A stretch of 63,995 bases of DNA, the filler included, from Welwitschia mirabilis (taxonomy: Eukaryota): assembly GCA_051453625.1 (NCBI GenBank). It is 5 parts of one record of this genome, joined end to end, with 100 filler letters (N's around TTAATTAATTAA, not from the genome) between each part and the next. Parts side by side here need not be neighbours in the genome. Positions count along the whole stretch, not along the records: positions 20,244 to 49,445 come from JBOZIK010000001.1; 4 more parts are not named here. One strand, given 5' to 3'. The notes under the pieces were generated by a model, which was given only the letters and a program-made list of their open reading frames with translations, ran no database searches and had not been told where the DNA came from. The translations under genes were made by a program, and so were the position numbers. Below, one piece after another: positions 24,927 to 35,956 of the stretch. How positions within the stretch are numbered: the first letter of the stretch is position 1; each line of letters starts with the position of its first letter.

Positions 24927-27900
24927 TAGTGTCCCACTTAGTTTGTCAGTCCCTAACAAAAACTAGGTGAAAAATTATATTTGCAAGTTAATTTTGTTTT
25001 TCAAAAGATAAATCTGGAAATTATAAAATAGGCTTATAAAACACATCATATAGATAAATATCAAGTAATGCATAATGTGTATGAAAATTTTGAAAATTTT
25101 ATCTCATGAAATATCTAATTTTAGTTTAAATTTTTTGAAAAATAAGCCATGAAAATGGGTCTTTACCCCCTCCAAAGAGAAAGCAATACATCTCGTATTG
25201 GAAAATAAAGCAAAAAAAGTAGACAGAAGTGAGAAGTAAGGTAAAAGAGAATAAATTTCTAAATGAAATATAAAGCAAAGTAATATTAGATTTGAAAAAT
25301 ATAGATCTATGAAATATTCTAACAAGTAAATGAAAATGTTTCATCATAAAAATGAGTAAAAGAAGTGCTTACAACACTAAAGATAAAATTAATTAAGAAA
25401 CTCAACTAAGTAATAAATCTACTTTTATTGAAAATTAAAAATATGATGATTAAGAAAATATAGTAATGGGTTTAAAATAACTAATCAAACTAGAAAAAAA
25501 CAAAAACAATGGACATAATGTAATAGGAGTGAAAGATAGCTCACCTATCTGATATTTTATCCTAGTAGATTCTCATAAAAGAAATCATAACATCACTTAA
25601 TGTTAAAATGCATGACTATGAAAAATTCCATTCAATAAGGTAGTGGTTATGATGATGCTAAACATAAAATGAATGATCAGACCAAAGAATTGCTTAAAAA
25701 TAAACTCACCTCCCTTCATGTCAAAACAAACATTTAAATCTCAAAAAAAGAAATGAGCAGGTGGAATAAATCCAAAGTCTGAAAAACAAGTAATGCCTCT
25801 TCTGATACCAATAATACCACTAACTCCTAGCTTTAAAGTTTTTATTACAACTTTGTTATCCATAATGAGGGGAGTGCAACCACCATTAGAGAAATAAGAA
25901 CTCACAAATCATAACTAACTAACCTCCAAGTGGAGTTTCCACAATTATTATATTACACTACCAAAGGCTTCTTTTGGAAATATTTACCCTGGTGTACTTG
26001 TTGTAGGATATCATGATGATCATGTTTTTGAAATAATATAAATAAAACATCATGGCCTTATTTTATCTTCTTTTTTTAATGAAAATAAGTACTTAAGACA
26101 TTTCACATAATCAATCATTCAAAAAGACAAAGGTGAAAGTCATAAGGTAGAGGTAGAAAAGAATATTCTTAAACAATCTAAGACCTTTTTACCATTGAGA
26201 AAAAATAAGCATCTTCTTTCAAGCTAAAGTTCATGAATGTGAGAATGTCTTAAGATTGGATGAATCTAATCTTTACCACTAAAATGCCCAAGTTATAAAA
26301 CTACTCATGAAGATAAATACATAATTCAAGTTTGAAAAATAATTAAGTAATGCCATAATAACCTCTAAAGGAGAAAACTAAGAGAAAATTCAAATAGTTT
26401 ACTTTTTAAATTCCAAATTTTGTCAATTTACTTCTTGAAATTCTCAAGTAGTCAAGTCAGTAATCTCAATAGAGCCATAAAAATGTATTTTCTCAAAATA
26501 ACGAAAAATAAAAATGATTATTTTATTGACTATCATCCTGCTCATCATCCAGATGACATAGAGATTACAAGAACAGAAAAGAAAAATAAAATATTAGAAA
26601 AAAACACAAAAATTTATCAAAAAGCTAAAAAAAATCAAATCTGACTATTGTCCACCTTATCATGAGGATGACAGAGGAGAAGACAAATTATTATGATAGA
26701 AAACAGAATTACAGACTACAAACAAAAATAAAAACTAAAACAAAAAATGAAATCAGAGACTATCAAAATAGAAAGCTGAAAGAAAATTGCAAGGCAAGCA
26801 AATTATATTTAATCCCTAAATATAAACTAAACTTTATTAAAAAGAAAGAAGGAAAAATTAGGGATTTGTTTTATCTCAAGATTTTTAAAGAAATAAGATC
26901 CAAACCAAAAATTTACCAACTGATAAAACATAAGAAATGTACAGTTATTTTCAAGTAAAATCAATCGGATGAAGAGAGGAGTAACGGATAGTACTCTATG
27001 AGATCGCATTAAAGCATAAATTTTGAAAGTCAAATGGGAGAGTAATGGCATCTCTAGTAAAAGATTTTCATTGAATGAAAGAATTTTATTTTGAATATTA
27101 TAAAGAAAATTATATTTAAGTCCTTTAAAAATATTTAAATTCAAAGTAAAATTATGATTTTCAATTTTTTCATGTAATGAATAATCTTTCTCAAGGTGTG
27201 AATCATTCTTTGTCACTCTCAATGTTAGATGTATCAATGATTTCTTTAATCTCAAGTTACTCATCATCAAGTATAAGTTCATATGATTTCATCTTTCTTT
27301 CTTCAAGTGGGTGATGTTGTAGGAATAAGATTGGTTTGATGTTATCTTTGATGTTCATTTTATCATCTAATCTATCTCAATTACATCAAAGGCTCTAATT
27401 GTAAATGTTCTATTTCTAGAATGACATTTCATTATGCCTGCTCTTGTATCAATGATGCAGTGGGCTATTGTAAAAAAGGCTCATTTTAGAAGTAAAGGGT
27501 ATTCCCTATTATGCTTAACTTCTATGATAATCACATCTATTGGGTAGCAAGCCTCTTTAACTTATATTGTCAAATCTTTAATGATGCTTAATAGTTTCTT
27601 AACTAAAGTGTCTACTAATTCTAAGACAATTAGAGTAGGCTCTATTCTATCCTCCAAACCAAGTCTTTTACAAATGTGAAGTGACATAATCTTAACACTT
27701 ACTCTAATGTCTATTAAGGCTTTTCTAATCTTTTTGTTTTCCTCTAAAGTAACATTCACCATAGCTACTCCTAGATCTTTAAATTTGGATGATTTTTGTA
27801 ATACTAAATTTGTGAGGGATTGGGTTAGAAAGACTTTATTAGGGATGATGCATTTTTATTTTCTTCTTATTAATTCTTTCCATAATTTTAAATACCCCAG

Positions 27901-30091
27901 ATTTTGTTGCAAAAGTTTTCAAAAAATAAGTTTATGCTCATATTTTTTATCAAGGATTTAAGATGTTCATTAAACATTGAATTATTGTTAAGCCTATCAA
28001 GCCAAAAGGTGGTTTGTTGAGAAGGACTTTTCTTTTTCTTTTTTCCAAGAGAAGGAAAGTAATAATCTTCTAATATTTCAATGTTTTCTTCCTCTTCTTC
28101 TTCATCATTTATAAAATCATTTTAAGAGGTGGAAGGTTCATTTGAAGGAGGTTTGTTACTTATTCACTTCTTGTCACAACCTTACAATCTTTTTTTAGTT
28201 CATTTGGTTTTCGTAAAGGTTATGTAGCTAATATTTATTTTGCTAAAATTGTTTATTTAAATATATTTACTATGTTTTCCATGTTGGAATTTGTTTTTAT
28301 AAGTTTCTTCATAAGGTTTTTAAGTTAATCATTTGGATATTTAAAGTTTAATAGTCCTATTTAAGAGTTTAAGTTTTCGAATCAGTTTCTAAAAGGTAGA
28401 GAATTATTTTGGAAATGAGTGGTTAACCTATGTTGTGATTGATTTTGATTTCTAAAGTTTTGAGATGATTGGTTGAAAGAAAAAACTTCTTCACATATTC
28501 TTTCTTAGTATGTTGGCAAAAGAGGATAGTTTTTGGTGACATGATAATTATCCTCATATAAATCATAAGTTTGCATAACATTTTTTTTAGTTATGGATTT
28601 GACATCTAAGATCATTTCTGCATAATTTTTCAAGGTGGTTGTAAAATGTCTCATAGAATTTATAGGATTGGATTTCACCTCTTTATTTTTTAATCTCTTT
28701 TAAGTCTTTGATAAGTTAGCCTATAGTTGGATTTTTCTTTTAGAGTTGACTAAGTTTAACTAATCTTCACAAGTTCTTTTAATTTTGTCTAGGCATCATT
28801 GAATGTAAGTTTCAGGAGGTTTCCTCTATAAGAAAAATCTATAAGCTATTTCATATATGGATTTAGCCCACTATAAAAGTAGTCTATTAGTTCTATCGGT
28901 AAAAAAGCATCTACTGGATTAGAATGGGAGGCTACAAAGAAATGCTCATATCTGGAGGTCTAGTCTTCATTGGGTTTTTATTGAAAGTTTATTACCTTCT
29001 TTTTTTTCTTATTCTCATGATTTTTCCATTCATAAATTTCTTTACAAATGTTTCCCAGACTTAATCCCATGTTTTTAAGATTTTATGGAGAATAATTTTT
29101 AGCTAAATTTTGCTCTACCTCTTAATGTCATAGGAAAGATTACCATGTATGTTCTATCACTAATTTTTTTCTTTCCATTCCATGAGGTAAGAATTAATTA
29201 TTCTATATCTATAATATGTTGAAGGGAATTCTCATCATCTTTTCCACTAAAGGTTAGGTAGGAATTTAGGTTCTTTAGCTTAGCATCATCTCTTAGGAGT
29301 AAATCAAAAGGGGTTTAAATCTCTCATTTATTATTGGCTAGTAATTCCCTTAAGGGAAGGTTTGCATTAGGATTAGGAATTAAAAAAACCAGAACTTGTT
29401 TTTGTTTTTGGATGGCACTCAATATTGTACACTAATTTTCTTCTTCTACATGATTTTCTTTAATGGAGTCTGATTTAGAAAATAGTAAATTCAGAAGGAG
29501 CATTATACGCACCTAGAGATTGCTTTTCCAATTTGATTTCTAAGTTGACAAGTCCTTCTCTAATTTTTTTCTCTATTAATAGCCTTTCTCTCTAATATTT
29601 ATTTTCCAGGTTGATCATATCACAACATACTACAAATAAAAAACAATGAAAAAAAAGATAAAAAATAACAAACTATCATCTTGACTATCATGGGTACAAT
29701 AGAATGGATAATTAACATAGGCAACAAAAAATAGAAGCTTAATAGAGCAGAAAGCCAAGAACTAGAAAAACATAGGTTTTAATCCTCCTGGTCATCCAGA
29801 TGACAAAGGAAATGATAGGACCAATTTTATTACATAAAACTAAAATCTAAACAAAAAAATTAAAAATAAGAACTGAAATCATAGGCTATTATCTTGACTA
29901 TCATTAGAACGATAAAGAAGACAATGGTTATTTTACTATAAAAAACCAAAACTAAAAAACTACAAATAGAAAACTATAGTTCCTAATAAAAATACAACAT
30001 CATTAAGATAAATAACAAAATGGGAATCTGATGTACTCACCTAAATAATGATAATCCTTGTACTTATCAATAGCCTTCCCTAATAACGATT
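24927..30091 (-). mobile_element. Internal region of a non-autonomous Athila-like gypsy element (gag-PR only)
   Basis: Decayed PBS at ~30077-30090; gag and protease remnants; no RT/RH/IN motifs seen; ~2 kb 3' non-coding region homologous to 49546-51191 and 52900-55300. Confidence 0.82.
27300..29350 (-). pseudogene. Athila-like gag and aspartic protease
   Basis: TFSGKDENSLQHI, FPMTLRGRAK, WETFVKKF (retrotransposon gag); LQKSSKFKDLG and ALIDIRVSVKIMSLHICKRLGL (ALxDLGASVNLM-like, ORF 27562-27762), YPIDVIIIEV. Confidence 0.85.
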
Positions 30092-30929
30092 TATTATAGT
30101 GTGTATTTGTGCAAACATTTATACTAAAAAAGATCCTATCATTGACAAATAAAATAGATATCTTGCACAATACAACACATTAGTATGAGTGGGAATGAAT
30201 TTGAATGTTGTATCTCATTGAAGAATTATGAGAGGAGAATAAGGATTGATTTTCAATAATGTAAAGTAATCTAAATTAAAGAACAATGCATGAAATAAAA
30301 GATGTAATGTATATGTAAAATGAAACTAATAAATGCAATGCAAAATAAAACTAAACTACTTCATTTTAGCCTTGAAAGGATGCCCTTAAGATCTATATCA
30401 TCAATGAAATTGTCACCAGACCAAGTTCAACATAAAGCATAAGGGACATTTAACAAATCTAAATGCAATAATAAAAATAGAGCTTTCGTATTAAAAAGAA
30501 CCAAACATTTAGGTTACAAAATAGTTGGGCCTCAATGGAGGATGCATAACCCTTCACAAGGGAATGTCTTTCTACAACTCTCGAGATGGATCTTCCATCC
30601 TTCGATTTCTTATTACAAGAAATTCTAGTGCATTGAAGATGGAGAGAAGAGTCGAAGAAGGATTTATTTATAAGATTATAGAATAGCAAATGATAAATAG
30701 AAGGTGTTACAATACACACTCTTTTATAGATAAGAAATGGATAAAATCGTTAAAGGTCTGCTATTAGAGTCAGTTACATTATCAATGTCATTCTAACTAT
30801 CATCCATATGATGAAGGGGATGACTGCTCATTATAAGAGATGACTTAGCATGATGAATTAACAATGTTTCAATAGTGTACATCAACATCAAATGTTGTCA
30901 TTTTCCTGCCTGTCATGTAGACCATAAAG
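30092..30929 (-). mobile_element. Athila-like 5' LTR, more diverged copy, truncated by gap
   Basis: TATTATAGTGTGTATTTGT start aligns with TGTTGCAGTGTGTATTTGT at 23840; collinear for ~840 bp. Confidence 0.85.
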
Positions 30930-31029
30930 NNNNNNNNNNNNNNNNNNNNNNNNNNNNNNNNNNNNNNNNNNNNNNNNNNNNNNNNNNNNNNNNNNNNNNN
31001 NNNNNNNNNNNNNNNNNNNNNNNNNNNNN

Positions 31030-32722
31030 GTTAAGTGCACCTAGAGAGTATTTTCTGACTCATTTTCTATATCCACTAGTCCTTCTTTAATATTCTTCTC
31101 TATCAACAACCTTTCTCTTTAATATCTTTTTCCTATGTTGATCATGTCATAGCATCCTGTAATTAGCAAATAATAGAAAATAAGATTAAAAACAACAAAT
31201 CATCATTCTATCTATCATGGGGACAACAGAAAGAATGACACACACAGAAACTAGAAAAACAGAAACAGAACAAAAACCAAAATAAAAAGGATAAAAACTT
31301 AGAAAATAGGACATTCATCACCGAGCCGTCCAGACATCAGGGGAGATGATACAAATTAATTTTATTATAGAAAAATTAAAAATTGAAAATAAAACTTAAA
31401 ATAAAAATCCACAGATTGTTGTCCTGTATATCATGTGGACAACAGAGAGGACAACCACTATTTTTCTATAAAAAATTAAATCTAAAAAACTGAAACTAAA
31501 AAACTGCAAAACATCAAACTTACAGTTCCTAATAAAGTATAGTATCACTACAAATAAATAACTGAACAGAGGTCTAATATACTCATCTAAATGATGAAAA
31601 CCCTTATACTCCTTAATAGCCTTCCCCGCTAATGGCGTCAATTTGTTGCAGTGTGTATTTGTATAAGTGCTTAAGTTTAAAAGAATTTTTTCATTCATAA
31701 AATAAATAGATATCTCATGCAATACATTGCACTAGTATGAGTGGAATTAAACCCAAAATGTCATATTCATGTTGAAGACTATGAGATGAGACTTGGATTA
31801 CTTTATAAAAGAATAATAGGAACTAGAAATAATGAATAATGTAAGAAATAAAAGGTACAATGCAAATGTAAGATGCAACTTAGTCTAACATTCAATGCAA
31901 AATGGAACTAATACTACTTGCTTTGAGCATTAACAAAGGCTTCCCTTAACAATCTATATTGCTAAAGAAATTATCACCAGATTAAGGATAACATAGATTA
32001 TAAGGGTCATCAGAAAATCTACAATGTAATATAAACATAAAAATAAAATAAAGTTTATATTAAAAATGAGTAACAAGCATCTATGTTACAAAATAGGTGA
32101 GCTTCAATGGAGGATACATAGGCCCTCACTAAAGGAATGTCTTTTTGCAACACTCAATATGGATCTCCTATCCTTCAATCTCTTATTACAGGAATTTCCA
32201 ATGCAATGAAGATGAGAAGAAGAGTCGAAAGGGGTCTTATTTATAATAACTTACATCAAAAACAATAAATAAAAGGCATGGAAAGACATACTTTTTTAGA
32301 TAAATGAAATAGATGAAACGACCAAGGGTCATTGTCAAAATCGATTACATATTAACATCATCCTAACTATCATCTGGATGATAAGGGGAGTAATATCTTA
32401 TTAAAAAAGATGATTCAAAATGATGACTTAGTAATGATTTAGCAGTCCACTTTAGCAACCAACAGTGGGGTCTATAGAGGGGATGATACTCTTCTTAATC
32501 ATATTTTTAAGGGAAAACTTGGAATTTTTATCAATAATCCTTCTTCAAAATTTTATGCATCATAATATGTCTTAAATACATCAAATTTGAGTAAGAATTG
32601 TAGATTTCTGAGTTCTTTTTTTCTTTCACCAAAATCCTCATAATTTCACTTAAACCTATATAAAAGTCTTGTAAGACAACTCATAAAACCTCATTAATTA
32701 ACCACAAATTGGCATCACAACA
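31030..32722 (-). mobile_element. Athila-like 5' LTR (31644-32722), PBS and 5' leader
   Basis: LTR TGTTG...CAACA; leader 31030-31643 homologous to ~29505-30091. Confidence 0.9.
31623..31640 (-). promoter_or_regulatory. Athila-type (tRNA-Asp) primer-binding site
   Basis: Minus strand TGACGCCATTAGCGGGGA versus the Athila consensus TGGCGCCGTTGCCGGGGA, 3 nt from the LTR end. Confidence 0.78.
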
Positions 32723-34572
32723 AAGGGCTAACTGGACTTTCAAGGGGTCGACTACACCTAGAGCAGGCACTCAGAACTGGACTGAATTCAGAAGGGTTAA
32801 TTGGATTTATGATGAGGTTGATTAAACCTATGATCTTAAGAGTCAATATCCCTGAATTGAATGATAAGGGATTAACTAGACCTTGGATGGAGTCTACCAT
32901 ATTTATGGATCTAAGAATAGTATCCCTGAACTAAATGTCAAGGGATCGACTAGATCTATAATGGGATCGACTAGATCTGTGAACCTAAGAATAGTACTCT
33001 TGAACCTATTATTAAGGGGTCAACTGGACCTTTAAAGGGGTCAACCAGATGTGAGCACTGTATAGCTGATATCCCTGAGTTGACCATCATGGATTCAACC
33101 AGACACCTAAAGGGGTCGCTGAACCTAAAGTAAGAAATTGGTATGATCTTTCATCAAGACTAGCAGGTGACTAGACATAATTATAGGCAACTAGATGGGG
33201 AGTTGATCAGATCTTAAGGGGTTGACCATATACAGATCTATAAGAAACTAAGATGATTAAAAACCTTACTCGAGTAACTTATATAAGTTATGACATTAGA
33301 TGAGGTCGAGCAGTCTTTTGAGGAATCGACCAGCCCAAATAGAATTAAAATTTTCTATCTATTTTTTATTTGTTATGTATTCATTAGATAATGATTTTAT
33401 AGTCATTTATAATCATTGGAAGCACATTTTCAAATGTAATAAACCCTAAAAGTCTTCTAATATAAATAGCCAAAAGAGAAAAGATNNNNNNNNNNNNNNN
33501 NNNNNNNNNNNNNNNNNNNNNNNNNNNNNNNNNNNNNNNNNNNNNNNNNNNNNNNNNNNNNNNNNNNNNNNNNNNNNNNNNNNNNNNNNNNNNNNNNNNN
33601 NNNNNNNNNNNNNNNNNNNNNNNNNNNNNNNNNNNNNNNNNNNNNNNNNNNNNNNNNNNNGGAGAAGAGTTTCAACAAAACTATTATACTAAAGAATAAG
33701 TGATATTTATGCATATTGGTATTATTTCATCATTCTCTTACTTTGTAAAAGGTTGAGACTTAGTCTACAAAAGTTTATTCAGAGGTTGAGACTAAGCCTA
33801 AAAAATTCTATTCAAATGTTAAGACTAAACCTAGAAAAGTCTATTCAAAAGTTGGGACTAATTATAGAAAGTTTCATTTGTAAATATTATAGGTGAATTT
33901 GTGATACTTCGAGGAGTAACAAAGATCTGGATCAATTTTAGTAATAAGCTGATCATTAAAAATGGAGTAGGGGGTTTCCTGAACCACTATAAAATCTTAT
34001 GTGCATCTATTTGGTATTTTATATTTTTAATTAATTTCATTACCTTGAATACTTTTAGTTTTTCTTTATATGCATAATTTTATTAGCAAGTTACTTTNNN
34101 NNNNNNNNNNNNNNNNNNNNNNNNNNNNNNNNNNNNNNNNNNNNNNNNNNNNNNNNNNNNNNNNNNNNNNNNNNNNNNNNNNNNNNNNNNNNNNNNNATC
34201 CTTACCATCATTGTTACATCCTCTGAAGGTTAAGACTGAGCTTGCAAAAGTTTGATTAGAAAGGTTGAGACTTAGCCTGCAAAAGTCCATTTGTAAAGAT
34301 TACAGGTGAACTTGCAATATCTAGAAGAGTTAACAAAGATCTGGATTAAGCTTGGGGATAAGCTAATCATCAAGAGTGGAATAGTGAGTTACTTGAACCA
34401 CTATAAAATCCTGTGGACATCTATTAGGTATTTTATGCTTTCTGCTAGTTTCATTTACTTTGAATACTTTTAGTTTTTCTTTATATGAATGATTTTATTA
34501 GCAAGTTACTTTGAGCAAGTTTTTATTATATCATGACTTTGGTTATTTATTTAAAAGAACCTATTCATTCCC
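32723..34572 (+). mobile_element. Sirevirus-like LTR sequence (two gaps; 3' portion present twice)
   Basis: Dense GGGGTCGACTAG motifs 32723-33335; TATAAATAG at 33461; 34-bp units at 33748-33880 (4x) and 34226-34293 (2x); GAACCACTATAAAATC block on both sides of the 34098-34197 gap. Confidence 0.88.
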
Positions 34573-34874
34573 ATATCACATCCTACTTGAAGTTGGGTCA
34601 ATCAGAATAAAGTCCTACTCAACCAGATCTATGTAGGATAGACTTGTACTTTGACAGGTCTACTAGACTTAAACCAAGTTAATCAGATAAGGTAAAAGAA
34701 GTGAGGAAGAAGGGCGATGGACCTAAATTTTTCCTCATATTTGACTTTTCCCCCCTTTAAAAAGATTTTGGTATCATATCTCTTTTATTTCACACATTTC
34801 TTCTATCTATCTCTCTTTTTTCTTAACTATTTCCTCCATCTTTTTCTAGTATTAAGTAGAATCACATTGTAAAA

Positions 34875-35956
34875 ATGGAAGAGGGATCCTCAAGAAGATC
34901 TAGATAAAATGTGATTAACAACAAAGACCATTTTTATTTCTACTAGGCATGTCAGAAGAAGACATTAACTATTTTACCTCCAAGTTTAAGAAGAAGCTCG
35001 TTTATTAAGAAACAACTATTTCTTTATATGAGTTATGAGACCTAAGAAATATAGTAAGACTCCTTTATGATCTTGATATTTAAGACTCCTTTATGATCTT
35101 GATATTTCATAACTTTTTGATATTCTTGGCATTGCTTATCCTTTACTTACTAGAATCTTTTATGCAAATGATATCTTTGACACTAGCTCTGTCACTTTTT
35201 CCACTAGTGTGTTAGGAAAGAGAATGAATATAATCATAGACTTGATTTCTTTAGTTATAAATCTTCTCAATGGTGACTATGAGGAGTTTTAGCCTTTTGG
35301 TAATACTATAAAGATAAGGCCAAAGTAACTCAAAAGCTATGTGAAAAGTTCATTAGATGAAAAACCACTCTTTCCACTTCTTCTCTCATTCCAAAATACC
35401 AAGTTTTACATCTTGTTTTTATCTACAAGTTTTTATCTCTTACTGGTGATTGTGATAAGATCTTAAACTATAGAGCTTATTTTTTCTATTTTGTAGGATT
35501 CCATCATACCATTGATGCTTTTATCATTATACCTAAAAATATGATCTCTCAACTTAAATATTACAAGACTAGAACCCTTTATTACTCTGTTATCATTGCA
35601 AATATTTGTAGGACTTTTAGAGTTTAGTTTTACGTTAAGCTTGAAATCATAACTCCCATATCATGTATAAGGTGTGCCACTATTTTTAAAATACATACTT
35701 CTTTTGAATCTACCTCTAAATCCTCAAAACCTCCTTCACTAAAGGAGGACTCTCCTAATGAGATCCTTTCCCTTTTAAAAGATTACATTTTCATACTCAT
35801 CATTTGAAGGAAGCTCTTATCATGATAGGCTATCAAATTCTAAATACTTCAAAAGAAGCTATAAGTTCTTATCAAAAAAAGGTAGAAGAAGAAGAAGAAG
35901 AAGAAAAGGACTCTAAGTTAGAAAAAGATTCAAAAGAAGAAGAAGAATCTAATTAG
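34875..35956 (+). pseudogene. Full-span env-like/extra ORF of Sirevirus-like element
   Basis: ATG at 34875; GMSEEDINYF, YPLLTRIFYAND, YSVIIANICRTFRV, acidic tail EEEEEEEKDSKLEKDSKEEEESN-stop; followed by PPTs at ~35995, ~36309, ~36379. Confidence 0.75.

Noticed and set aside
26420..27282. Overlapping K/N-rich ORFs as host genes
   Set aside because: Low-complexity frames within the retroelement region; no domain motifs.
23835..32727. Single intact Athila element with TSD
   Set aside because: Flanks AGGAT and AAGGG differ and an additional internal LTR is present.
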